Positions 9,842-19,818 of a stretch of DNA of 64,000 nucleotides are shown here, piece after piece (position 1 is the first letter of the stretch; the number at the start of each line of letters is the position of its first letter). The notes beneath the pieces are model-generated. The model was not told where the DNA came from. It saw nothing but the letters and a program-made list of their open reading frames with translations, and searched no databases. Position numbers and translations under genes: made by a program. This DNA is from Clostridia bacterium (GTDB taxonomy: Bacteria; Bacillota; Clostridia; JAAYHZ01): contig JBMNIH010000004.1 of NCBI GenBank assembly GCA_050950825.1, positions 32,001 to 96,000 on the forward strand. Direction: 5' to 3'.

Positions 9842-10888
9842 CTATCCTTTAATCTTCGCCGAAAAGGATATCGGGATTGCTTCGATATCCTTACTTTTGC
9901 CGAATATTTCTTTCAGCATATCGATTTGGTCTTGAGAAAAGTCGTAATCTTTTTCTTTTAAGTATCGCTCCATTTCTCCGGGATCTTTAAGAAAGGTGAG
10001 TGCGAGTCGGTAGTTTCCTTTCTCCAAATCGAGATATGTACTGAAGGTGCACCATTCACAGATATTTTGATATATTTTAATTCCCTTGCTGTCATAGACT
10101 TGAATATCCGTAAGCATGCCTTCGGCATCCAGCCTTACGTTCAGGTTATAGGATTTGCTTTTCTCCACATCGAATGCCATTTCCCATTCCTTTTTATTTT
10201 CCCGGATATTCATCGTAAAGGATGTTTCGAACACGATTTTAGGAAAAAGCAATATCGAAGCGAAAAACACGGCGATACCCAAAAAGAGGACAAGAAATAC
10301 AAGAGCTACGGCTTGCCGTTTCGAAAACCTTGTTTTTTCGACTTTCGAAATGGATTTTAAGTATTCTTTGATTTTCAAAAGCATTCCCTTCTTAAGTGCC
10401 GCGAAGACTATGAGGAGTATGACTAAAAGGGCAATAAAGGATACGAAAAGGGGATGAAGCTTTGAAACATCTAAAAAGCGGGTTACGTCGTCTCCGGCGG
10501 GAGGTGCGGTAAACAAGGATATTACGGGTATTGCAACCCAAGCGATTAGCGATCCGATGATGGAGACGGTAAAGACCGCGTATAGGTAATGATAAACAGT
10601 GCTTTTTATGTTTCGGTTGTAGAATAAAAGAGCAACAGCCAAAACCATTACGGGAAGCAATGCGCCGCCTAAATGAAAAAGAGATTCTCCGAAAGGCGTA
10701 AAGCTTGCTCCCGATGTTCCGACATGAGCATTGAACCCCAATACGAAACGGTCAATTTTCCCGCCGTACATCATGGCAACAAGCGCATGGCCGCCTTCGT
10801 GCAGCAAGGTGTATAAATAGACAAACGATAAAAATATAAAAAGTACAAAAACCGTTATAACCAAGATTCTTTTAGAATTCGTGTTCAT
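9842..10888 (-). CDS. M50-like intramembrane zinc metallopeptidase with C-terminal soluble domain
   Basis: HEGGH within a TM segment, a later GDD motif and several TM helices. Confidence 0.75.
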   Translation of the reverse strand: MNTNSKRILVITVFVLFIFLSFVYLYTLLHEGGHALVAMMYGGKIDRFVLGFNAHVGTSGASFTPFGESLFHLGGALLPVMVLAVALLFYNRNIKSTVYHYLYAVFTVSIIGSLIAWVAIPVISLFTAPPAGDDVTRFLDVSKLHPLFVSFIALLVILLIVFAALKKGMLLKIKEYLKSISKVEKTRFSKRQAVALVFLVLFLGIAVFFASILLFPKIVFETSFTMNIRENKKEWEMAFDVEKSKSYNLNVRLDAEGMLTDIQVYDSKGIKIYQNICEWCTFSTYLDLEKGNYRLALTFLKDPGEMERYLKEKDYDFSQDQIDMLKEIFGKSKDIEAIPISFSAKIKG

Positions 10889-11157
10889 ACAAGCTTCCTT
10901 CGTTTTTTATACCGAACCATTATATCATTATTTAAAAAAATAAAGAACCGATTCATCAATCAAAAATTTACCTAAATACTTGAAAAACAGTTTTTACTTA
11001 AAACTTTTGCATTTAAATGCTAAACTATAGGAGGATATTGCCTCAATCGGTTCATCTTCACAAAGGACCGGTTATTCATCATTTGCATTCTGAGTAGGCG
11101 TAAAGGGATTTTTGTAGACATCCAAAAAATCATGGATGACGTTGAAAGAAGGATGTA

Positions 11158-12274
11158 ATGGGTACATTATTTAATTTTCTTTGGAATAAAGGGAAAAATT
11201 ATTCAGAGCTTGCATCTCGTAACCGGAAGGCTATTGCCGAGTATAACGAAAGACTGCTGTCGGCTATAACGTTGATAGGGGGATTTTTATTGCTGCTCCC
11301 CGCTTTCACTTTATATTTCAGCAACGTTGAAAAAGACATATTGGTGTATTTGATCATTTCTTTTTTTACTCTTTACGCTATGCGTTTTTTCACGGATGTC
11401 TTTCGTGAAAAAGTATTCTCTTATCATGCTATATATTTGTTTTTCTCTTCTTTTTATCCTTACCATTTATCTCAGCGTCGTTATCTCTCCCCACATGCGA
11501 GCGACGGCTTTGCCGGGAGCTTTTTGTATTACGCCCCTTGCCTTCATTGACCGACCGATACGAGTCAATCTGTTTGTTATCTTCCGGTTTATCGTTCATA
11601 CCGTCCTTGCTTTTCTTCTGAAGCCTCTATATGTTCTTGACGATACTGTCAACGGCATATGCTTTACCACGCCGGGCTGCTATATCGGAAACATCATGAT
11701 ATGGGTTCGGCTTGAGGGTTACGAGGCGCAACGGCTATTGACCATTGAAAAAGAAACGGATGTTGTAACCGGCCTTTACAACCGCCGTAAGCTGTTTGAA
11801 ACCTTAGCGGATTTGGAAAAGAAAAACGGTTCCGCGGAGAAACCGTCCGGTGTCCTCATGATCGATATTGATCGTTTCAAAAGCTATAACGACAGCTTCG
11901 GCCATGCCGAAGGTGACAAATGCCTAAGCTATTTGGGCGAAGTATTTCGAACCTTTGCACGGGATTTTCATGTTGATTTTTATCGCTACGGCGGAGAAGA
12001 GTTCGTCGCTTTCATATACGGATGCAGCGAAGAGAAATTGCCTAAAATTGCGGAGAAGCTTCGATTGGCCGTACAGAACGCGGATATTTGCGGTCATTCG
12101 ATTACCGTCAGCATCGGCGCTACATACTGCGGCAACGAGCAGGTTCGAAATTATGAGCATATTATCGATCGAGCGGATCGAGCCGTTTATGCCGCAAAAG
12201 GGGCAGGGCGAAACCGGGTGTGCCAAGAGAAAACAAACGAGATATTCGAGCAAAAAGATCCTTCTTTCTCTTAG
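11158..12274 (+). pseudogene. Membrane diguanylate cyclase (GGDEF), frameshifted
   Basis: The C-terminal ORF 11396..12274 has DxxTGLYNRR, MIDIDRFKSYNDSFGHAEGD, RYGGEEF and ADRAVYAAK. The N-terminal TM ORF from 11158 overlaps in another frame and can be joined near the T7 run at 11361-11367. Confidence 0.75.
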
Positions 12275-12286
12275 GAAAAGAAGGGT

Positions 12287-13120
12287 TTATGCATAACATC
12301 GATACCAAAGCTCGGCGGCTCCTAATCTTGCCACCACGCCTTTTCGGATTCCTTCTTCCTCGTACTTGCCGACGATGGATCCTTCCAAAATGCCGTTTGC
12401 AAGGTCCAAGTAATCTTTGACGATTCCTTTGTCGATAAGTCCTCCGTCGTGACCGATGGCAAGGTGATCGAACTCGTCCTTTCGAGCCCATATTTTTTCG
12501 ATACTGTCTCTGTAATTTGCAAGGTCTTTTTCCGTACCCTCCGGCTTGTCAATGATAATGATTCCCCTATTCACCGTATCTCCGCTAAAGAGTATGCGGC
12601 CGCTCTTGTCCAAATAGCATACGGACCCAAGGGAGTGTCCGGGTGTATGTATGGCTTCGAGAATGCGTCCTCCTAAATCCCAAGTATCGCCGTCTTTTAA
12701 GGGTATATAGCGAAAGAAAGGATGTTTTTGGTCCGATACCATGGCCTTTAACATTTCGGCATGGCCTTCTCCCGGAAATCGAACCGGAACACGGGTTTCT
12801 ATGTACCATTTAATCATTTCCGCTTTGTAATAATGTTCCCGGGCAATCGCTTCGTCGGCGGGGTGCATATGGCATCTGTCCAATGAAAACATACCGCCGC
12901 AGTGATCCAAATGCCCGTGGGTAAGAAAGACTTCGATCGGAAAATCCGTAATCTCTCTAACTTCATCAAGAACATTCCCGATACCGCATCCGGTATCGAT
13001 CAGTGCCGCCTTGCTATCGCCTGCAATAAGGAAATAATTGTCCAAATAATAGTCGCTGATAAGCCAAGTACGATCTTTCAATAGGGTGACTTCTTTTTTT
13101 ACGGTTTTATTATCTTTCAT
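12287..13120 (-). CDS. MBL-fold metallo-hydrolase
   Basis: Motifs THGHLDHCGG, TPGHS, LFSGD and GHD. Confidence 0.9.
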   Translation of the reverse strand: MKDNKTVKKEVTLLKDRTWLISDYYLDNYFLIAGDSKAALIDTGCGIGNVLDEVREITDFPIEVFLTHGHLDHCGGMFSLDRCHMHPADEAIAREHYYKAEMIKWYIETRVPVRFPGEGHAEMLKAMVSDQKHPFFRYIPLKDGDTWDLGGRILEAIHTPGHSLGSVCYLDKSGRILFSGDTVNRGIIIIDKPEGTEKDLANYRDSIEKIWARKDEFDHLAIGHDGGLIDKGIVKDYLDLANGILEGSIVGKYEEEGIRKGVVARLGAAELWYRCYA

Positions 13121-13143
13121 TTTCTTAACCTTTCTTTGAAACG

Positions 13144-13190
13144 GATCCGCCGGTCATTGAGTACAAGGGGTTCTTTAAGACCGGCGGATC
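13144..13190. other. Intercistronic stem-loop
   Basis: Perfect 12-bp IR gatccgccggtc/gaccggcggatc between the transporter and hydrolase genes. Confidence 0.6.
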
Positions 13191-13210
13191 AGGTAGTAAT
13201 GAGTTATGAG

Positions 13211-14644
13211 TTATTTGTCAAAGCTTTCTTCCAATTTTTCGCTTTGCTTGTTTACATACGCACTGATTTCTTTCATCTTCTCATCGTTCATATTGTAGAT
13301 GACGAAGAAGCAAATGAAGATGAGTATGCATCCTATAGTAGGAAGAATGCCTGCCATTGTTTTAATGTTGTTGGCAACGTTTGCGGCCTGCATGGAGCCT
13401 AAGCTTGCATCGTATCCTACCGCATCGAGCAGTACCGCGATCAAGGAGGTGCTCAAGCTGGATATGAAGAATACGAGGAATGTGATGGTTGCATATACGG
13501 TACCGTCGTTTCGGGCTCCCGACAAATAGGCTTGGTAGTCAACGGCATCGGCTATTAAGGACCATACCAACAGGCTGAAGAATCCGGTAAAGAAGGAGGC
13601 TACCAATTGAATGATGATCCATGCACCGGCTGAAACCGGGAATATGGCCAGTACGGCATAGAGGATTGCCGCTATAACAAAGGGGACGGTGATCATCTTT
13701 TTCTTGCCGAAGAGCTTCACCAAGGGTTTTAAGCAAATCATGGCCAAAACCATGGGAACCAAGGTACCCAGACCGATAGCTGCCAATTTTCCGGTATCTT
13801 GGAAATAGGTCATGAATACGTATTGGTTTGTTAGACCTGTTGTTTGCAAGAAGAATTTAGCGACTATGTAAGCGACCACAACGGCGATCATGGGTCTGTT
13901 CTTTGCAAAGGTCTTTATCACTTTCAGGTAATCGATCTTTTCTTTTTCTTCCGCATTTTCTTTGGATATGGACACTACGATTCTTTCTCGGCAGAGCTTA
14001 TGGGTCACGGCTAAACATATAACGGTAAATACCGAAAGAATTAATGCCAAGTGAATAAACCTTCCCGCCACGGGGTTGTTCATGGCGTCAAAAAGGATTA
14101 AAGGAGCAATGGTGGTGGTGATAATGTTGGCGCCTAAGGAGCCTACGCTACGGGCATTGGAAAGCTCCGTTCTTTCCATTTGGTTGGATGTCATGGAATT
14201 GACCATGGCGCCGTAGGGAACGTTGATAAAGGTTCCGACAACACCCCAAATGAAGTATATTCCTACACAGTAGACGATCTTGAACCAATAAGGTGTCGCG
14301 CTGATGTTGGCGAACAGTATAATGGTGGAGATGGCATAGGGTATGGCAAACCACCATATGAAGGGCTTGAACTTTCCGTGCTTGGATCCCGGCCTTAAGT
14401 CCACTACACGCCCGATGAAAGTATCGTTTAGGGCATCCAATGCCTTGCAGATAAAGATGATGATAGAGAAATGGATGGCTTCAATTCCAATAATATTGAC
14501 GCAGAATAACATTAAGTAGGTGTTTACAAGTACTTGTAAACTGTTAAATCCAAGGTCTCCTAAAAAGTATCCGACCTTATCCTTGATACCGAAGGATTCG
14601 GCATTTCGAACGCTATTCACATATGCCGCTTCTGAACTTTTCAT
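13211..14644 (-). CDS. MFS glycoside-pentoside-hexuronide (GPH):cation symporter
   Basis: Motifs KDKVGYFLGD, DALNDTFIGRVVD, GKFKP, NVPYGAM, ERTELS and ADAVDY…G.RNDG; about 12 TM helices. Confidence 0.9.
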   Translation of the reverse strand: MKSSEAAYVNSVRNAESFGIKDKVGYFLGDLGFNSLQVLVNTYLMLFCVNIIGIEAIHFSIIIFICKALDALNDTFIGRVVDLRPGSKHGKFKPFIWWFAIPYAISTIILFANISATPYWFKIVYCVGIYFIWGVVGTFINVPYGAMVNSMTSNQMERTELSNARSVGSLGANIITTTIAPLILFDAMNNPVAGRFIHLALILSVFTVICLAVTHKLCRERIVVSISKENAEEKEKIDYLKVIKTFAKNRPMIAVVVAYIVAKFFLQTTGLTNQYVFMTYFQDTGKLAAIGLGTLVPMVLAMICLKPLVKLFGKKKMITVPFVIAAILYAVLAIFPVSAGAWIIIQLVASFFTGFFSLLVWSLIADAVDYQAYLSGARNDGTVYATITFLVFFISSLSTSLIAVLLDAVGYDASLGSMQAANVANNIKTMAGILPTIGCILIFICFFVIYNMNDEKMKEISAYVNKQSEKLEESFDK

Positions 14645-15036
14645 TTTTTTACTCCTCGTATTATTTATTGTTTTTAGTAAGACAAGCTTTCTTGCTTTGT
14701 CGTTCCCGTAAGGATTCCGCTTGATTTGAAATGTTCATCGGATCTGCCGCCGGTGCGTAAGGTAAAATGCAACTATAGGAGGATCATTTGATGCAATCAT
14801 CGTTCATGCTCCTTAAAAAGGAGGCGCAGCCGTAACCGGTTTGCTATTTTCTCCGCTGTTGTGCTGCGCCGTATTTCAAATTGGTTTCGGTTGACGCTTT
14901 ACATGTCCGATCCGGTTAAACATAGGGGGATGAGGGTGGCACGCACTTACGGCAGTATCCGTATGAAATATTTAATGTTCACTCCGGGCTTCGGAGAATA
15001 GGGGCTTTTAAAACATGATTGTTATTGGTTTTCAAG

Positions 15037-16110
15037 TTAATATGAATCGGCTAAGAATTGGGCATTGCTTTCGAGTATGATCTTAGGAGTAATGTTGTAC
15101 CGCTTTTTAACTTCATCGCCTTTTAGTACGTGGTTAAACAATATCTTTAACGATTCATAACCGATTCGAAACGGATTTTTGTAGATAAGGGCATCGATAA
15201 CTCCGCATTGAAGCATTTTTATGTTTTCATCAAAGACTTCGCTTCCGATTACCGTTATTTTCTCTTGCAAATTCAGCTCATAAACGGCTTTTGCCACGGG
15301 AACGGTGTTTCGTGCCGATGTACAATAAATGCCGACGATACTTTTGTCCTTTTCCAATCGGTCCTTCATATAGTCGTAAAGGAGGTTGTCTTTGTATGAG
15401 ATTTGAATTCTCTCCGTTATCAAATCGCTTCGTTTTCTTTGGATCGTTTCTTCAAAACCGCCGCTGTTTTCATCGATACTAAGACCCGGTTCCTGAACCG
15501 TAATATCGTTGTCCGCGATTAGGACCTTGCCCGTTTTGTGCACCCATTTGCTCATTAGCTCACCGGATAATTTGCCGGAAAGCTCATCGTTAGGCTTTAC
15601 GCAAGTGAGTCTTTCTACATCCGACAAATCCTTGTCTAGCAGCACCATGGGAATGCCTCTTCCCGTAAAACGGTTTAAAAGGTTTATAATGGATCGGGAA
15701 CGTATCGGATAGATCAGCATGCCGTCTACCTTTATATTCCGATCGTTAAAAATGTTCTCCAGCAGGGAGGACAACGCCTCGGTGTTGTAATCATAGAAGT
15801 ATTCGGTAAAAGTGATGTTGAATCGGCTGATTTCTTCTTTGTATTGAAGATAACCGTTGTAAATCGATTCGGCGAAGTACTTCCAGGTTTCGTCTCTTTT
15901 TGGGAAAACAAACAGGATATTCGTTGCCTTTTTACTCAAAGAGGAGGCCGCGTAATTGACGGTATAGCCTAATTCCTTTGATATATCCAAAATGCGTTGA
16001 CGCAGCTCGTCTCCCACACCTTCTTTGTTATTCAACACCCTGTACACCGTTGTAACCGATGTACCTGCCCGCTGCGCTATGTCTTTTAAAGTAGCGTTCT
16101 TTTCTTCCAT
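15037..16110 (-). CDS. LacI family transcriptional regulator
   Basis: HTH TLKDIAQRAGTSVTTVYRVLN, hinge YTVNYAASSL and a periplasmic-binding-like C-domain. Confidence 0.92.
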   Translation of the reverse strand: MEEKNATLKDIAQRAGTSVTTVYRVLNNKEGVGDELRQRILDISKELGYTVNYAASSLSKKATNILFVFPKRDETWKYFAESIYNGYLQYKEEISRFNITFTEYFYDYNTEALSSLLENIFNDRNIKVDGMLIYPIRSRSIINLLNRFTGRGIPMVLLDKDLSDVERLTCVKPNDELSGKLSGELMSKWVHKTGKVLIADNDITVQEPGLSIDENSGGFEETIQRKRSDLITERIQISYKDNLLYDYMKDRLEKDKSIVGIYCTSARNTVPVAKAVYELNLQEKITVIGSEVFDENIKMLQCGVIDALIYKNPFRIGYESLKILFNHVLKGDEVKKRYNITPKIILESNAQFLADSY

Positions 16111-16129
16111 TCCACAACCCGTCCTTTCC

Positions 16130-16165
16130 GAAAATGTTTTCGTAAAGGTTTAAGTAAACGTTTAC
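16130..16165. promoter_or_regulatory. Tandem LacI-type operators upstream of the LacI gene
   Basis: Three abutting 12-mers: gaaaatgttttc, gtaaaggtttaa and gtaaacgtttac (the last is a perfect palindrome). TTGACA lies on the minus strand at 16195-16200. Confidence 0.7.
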
Positions 16166-16304
16166 GTAACAAGTAGAAATATTATTTTCGCGATTGTCAA
16201 CACGAAATAATAAAAAAATGAAATTTTTTTAAGACAACAAGCGGAAATACGAAAGGTCTTTGATCTTATCTGTACTTACCTTATGCCGGAGAGTCGGGTG
16301 ATAA

Positions 16305-16909
16305 TTACCTCCTCAATTTTTGCATAATGAGATCTATGATATATTTTCCGTCCTCAGGGTTTTTGGTGTGTAAAAAATTGTTTATTGCATTAACGTCTCC
16401 GCTATAAAACTTACCATATATATTGATCCGATTTTTAATAATCTCGTCAAAAGCACTATCGTTTTCTCGTAAACTATTTATTGTTTCTCTCATAATCTGT
16501 TCATTTCGGTATCGATCCGTAATTCCGCTGTCCTTAACTTGAGCTAAAAGATATTCGTCCATAAATTCACCCCAAAGGCTAAAGTCATGAGCAAGCTTCG
16601 GTTCGATGAACGGATTTTCAAACTTTAACGACATTTGCGAAACGATTTCTTTAACTTCTTCCATTCGCATCGTAAAATTATCAACAATATTTCCTCTGTT
16701 TGAAGGAGGATAAGGATAGAAGACGGATATTTCCCGATATTGATCTCAAGGAATGGGTTCTATAATTTGCGATGGGGTTGATGAGGTGATTGATTCAAAA
16801 ATCGAATCGGTTTCCTTTTGTTTGTCCTTGTTCAATGATGAACAGATGCATATGATAACAATATCAACACGGTTAACAGTACACAACATATCCGAATCAT
16901 TCTTTTCAA
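16305..16909 (-). pseudogene. Degraded lipoprotein-like gene
   Basis: TTG start at 16909 after GCGGAG gives the signal peptide MKRMIRICCVLLTVLILLSYA. After a frameshift it reads CSSLNKDKQKETD…, hits an in-frame TGA at 16746-16748, then continues in frame into ORF 16305..16670. Confidence 0.6.
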
Positions 16910-17127
16910 TACGAACACTCCGCTTTCTTTTTCATTTATCGCTTTCGTCAGCGTTGTTATTCTATATATTGTCAATCCGAGAAACCTTATCTATTATATT
17001 ATAATTTCATCATAAAGATCCGGTTAATAAAAACGAGCGGATTGAAAAAAAGAAAAAGCTATAGTGAATTATTATAGATTTTCTGTACCTATCCTAAACG
17101 CATATTTTCCGGTATACTTTATCCTAT

Positions 17128-17212
17128 ACCGTCTTAGTCTTTCCTTTCCGCCTGTATAAAAAATCTTCTCCGATATATTTATACAGGAAAACACGATTAA
17201 GGCGGTTTTTTT
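17128..17212 (+). terminator. Long leader hairpin with U-tract (candidate attenuator/terminator)
   Basis: accgtcttagtc pairs with gattaaggcggt (two G-U pairs, + strand only). Inner stem cctgtataaa/tttatacagg, followed by T7. Confidence 0.55.
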
Positions 17213-17305
17213 ATTATGTTACGATCGGTAAAGTTCATGATATATTTAATTTATCGGCAGCATCCGGTCCGAGAATAGGGTATTTTAATAGGGGAGAGAG
17301 TTGCC

Positions 17306-18067
17306 ATGAGTATGCTTGATGAAAAAATTGCGAAATCCTTGACCGCCGAGTCCGTGGAGTTGATTCCATACATTCCGTATTTGCTCCAAGATTTATGGGA
17401 GTTAGGTTCCTCGCCGAAGGATATGTTGGGATTAGTAAAAAAGAATATAGCTGTAACAAAAGAAACGAAGGTCCTTGATTTGGCCTGCGGCAAAGGTGCG
17501 GTAAGCGTATATATCGCCAAGGAGCTTGGTTGCAAAGTAAAAGGAATCGACATTATCCCCGAGTTTATCGATTTTGCCGTATCGAAGGCAAAGGAATTCG
17601 GCGTCAATCGCCTATGCGATTTTATCGTTCAAGACATTAACGAGTCGGTAAAGAAGGAAAAGGATTACGATATCGTCATATACGGAGCCGTCGGAAATGT
17701 TTTGGGAGATTGGTATGAAACCATAAGCCTTCTTAAAAATACGGTAAAAGAAGGCGGCTTTATCATCATAGACGATGCCTACGGTAAGAATGAAGCCGAT
17801 GATAAATATCTTTCCAAAGATAAGTGGCTTCGATTGTTGGCGGATGGGGGAGTTGTGCTTATTGACGAGATCCTTTCTACCGATGACGAATTGGCCGGTA
17901 TAAACGACATGCAGATGGAGAGCATCGAGAAAAGAGCGAATGAACTAAAAAAGAAATTCCCTGAAAAAGCTTGGCTGTTTGATAGCTATATAAAAAGCCG
18001 GCAAGCGGAATGCGATGAGATCGAGGAGGACTTGATGCCGGTTACCATGCTGCTTCAGGTACGGTAG
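17306..18067 (+). CDS. Class I SAM-dependent methyltransferase
   Basis: Motif I VLDLACGKG and motif II GIDI. Confidence 0.9.
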   Translation: MSMLDEKIAKSLTAESVELIPYIPYLLQDLWELGSSPKDMLGLVKKNIAVTKETKVLDLACGKGAVSVYIAKELGCKVKGIDIIPEFIDFAVSKAKEFGVNRLCDFIVQDINESVKKEKDYDIVIYGAVGNVLGDWYETISLLKNTVKEGGFIIIDDAYGKNEADDKYLSKDKWLRLLADGGVVLIDEILSTDDELAGINDMQMESIEKRANELKKKFPEKAWLFDSYIKSRQAECDEIEEDLMPVTMLLQVR

Positions 18068-18161
18068 CGAGGCTAAAGAAGGCAGGCTTTTCGAAACCGG
18101 ATACCTTTGAGTATAATGGGTTTAGCGTAAAAGAGGAGAGACTTTTTGAAAGGCTTAATGT

Positions 18162-18860
18162 ATGGATAAAGATTACCAAGAGTTAAAGGCGTGGCTGGAA
18201 AGTACAAATGATCAGCCGCTTGAAACCATGGCGGGTTTTTTTGAGGCTCGTATTGACACCTATGAAGAACACATGTCGCGTTGGAAAGAGCATTACAGGT
18301 GGATGGCGGATTTGCTGCCGGAATCTTTGGAAAGTCTTTTGGACATCGGATGCGGAACCGGCCTTGAGCTGGATTTCATCTATTCCCGCTTTCCGAATGT
18401 AAAAGTCACGGGTGTGGACTTGTCCAAAGAGATGCTGCAAAGGCTCTATGAAAAGCACAAGGACAAGCATCCGGTCCTTGTCTGCGAAGATTATTTTTCC
18501 TGCGATCTTGGAAAAGAGCGTTTTGATGCCGTCGTTGCTTTTGAAACGCTGCATCATTTTAAGGCCGAAAAGAAGGAAAAGCTGTTTCGGAAAATCTACG
18601 ATAGTTTAAAGCCGGGCGGCATTTTTTTGGAATGCGACTATATTGCCGTCTCCCAAGCAATCGAAGACCTGGCGTTTTCCGAATGCAGAAGGCGCCGTAT
18701 CAGGGACGGAATCGAAGAGGATGCTTTTGTTCACTTCGACACTCCGTTAACCTTGGAGCACGAATTGGATGCTATCCGAAAAGGAGGATTTAAAACCGTG
18801 GAGCTTGTCGGGTTTTTACCCGGTGATCATCATACGGCAATGATAAAAGCGATAAAATAG
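18162..18860 (+). CDS. Class I SAM-dependent methyltransferase
   Basis: LLDIGCGTG, GVDLSKEML, TLHHF and LKPGG. Confidence 0.92.
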   Translation: MDKDYQELKAWLESTNDQPLETMAGFFEARIDTYEEHMSRWKEHYRWMADLLPESLESLLDIGCGTGLELDFIYSRFPNVKVTGVDLSKEMLQRLYEKHKDKHPVLVCEDYFSCDLGKERFDAVVAFETLHHFKAEKKEKLFRKIYDSLKPGGIFLECDYIAVSQAIEDLAFSECRRRRIRDGIEEDAFVHFDTPLTLEHELDAIRKGGFKTVELVGFLPGDHHTAMIKAIK

Positions 18861-18864
18861 GGAA

Positions 18865-19809
18865 ATGGGAATGATTAGTCGTCCGTTGAAAGAGACCATT
18901 CAAGATATGCTTCAAGTATCCGAGTTTGATATCGAAGAAATTCGAGAAGGATTTTCCAAGCAGGTTTATCGGATCAAGACAAAAAAGGACCGATATATCC
19001 TCTATATTTGGCGCCGCCCTTTGGAAAACAAGCTGACGGAAAATCAAACAAAGGGAGCCAAGTATCTGTTTCCTGACGGGTTTAAATATTTCATTCATAA
19101 CACAAAGCTTCTTACGGATATGGGTATTCGCGTACCTGCCATCATTTTTTCCGGTCACCGGGATGAAGAAGATTTTGATTATGCGCTTGTGGAGTGCTTT
19201 GAAGGCCAAAGCTACATGGAATATATGAATAAGGGCGGGGATATTCGCACCGTAGCGGATAAGGTAGAGGTTGTCATGGAAAAAATGGCGTCTTTCAAAA
19301 GGTCCTTCTACGGACCGCCTATGGTTAATATACCTTTTCCCGTTCCTCCGGTGCAGTTGGTTTTTGATTTTTACGCCGAAGAGCTTCGCATTGCGGCAGC
19401 AATCGATTCCGAGATATCTTTTCTGAAGTCCGACCTGATGTATTTAATGGAACGTAAAAAGAATGAAGTTACAGACATGGATAAGGAGGAATATCCCTTG
19501 ATACACGGGGAACTGACGCCGCCTCATGTCTATATTCTCGAAAACGGTGAGATCGGGCTTATCGATATCGAAGGAATCAAATACTTTGATATCGAATACG
19601 ACCGGGCGGTTATACACCTTGCGTACGGCGATGCCATACCCGTACCGAAATATATATGCAAAGAAAAGCTCGAGTTTTATACGTTATGTTTAAAAATCGG
19701 ACACCTTTCCGTTGCCGCGGATTATCTAGCGCATGTGGACAAGAATCACCCTTGGTTTCAAAATGTCCGTGAAAGCTGCTTAAACGAGCTTGCATTAAAG
19801 GTACGATAG
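18865..19809 (+). CDS. Aminoglycoside phosphotransferase/choline kinase-like protein
   Basis: GFSKQVY loop, LIHGELTPPHV (variant Brenner motif), LIDIE and EYD. Confidence 0.75.
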   Translation: MGMISRPLKETIQDMLQVSEFDIEEIREGFSKQVYRIKTKKDRYILYIWRRPLENKLTENQTKGAKYLFPDGFKYFIHNTKLLTDMGIRVPAIIFSGHRDEEDFDYALVECFEGQSYMEYMNKGGDIRTVADKVEVVMEKMASFKRSFYGPPMVNIPFPVPPVQLVFDFYAEELRIAAAIDSEISFLKSDLMYLMERKKNEVTDMDKEEYPLIHGELTPPHVYILENGEIGLIDIEGIKYFDIEYDRAVIHLAYGDAIPVPKYICKEKLEFYTLCLKIGHLSVAADYLAHVDKNHPWFQNVRESCLNELALKVR

Positions 19810-19818
19810 ACGGAGGAA

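Noticed and set aside
11000-11157. c-di-GMP riboswitch upstream of the diguanylate cyclase
   Set aside because: The GCAAA…GAAA…GACGCAAAGC consensus elements are absent.
11015-14784. Exact 14-mer aactataggaggat at 11023 and 14771, each preceded by aaatgc
   Set aside because: A few 14-mer matches are expected by chance in 64 kb. No recombinase or other boundary evidence supports an att-like role.
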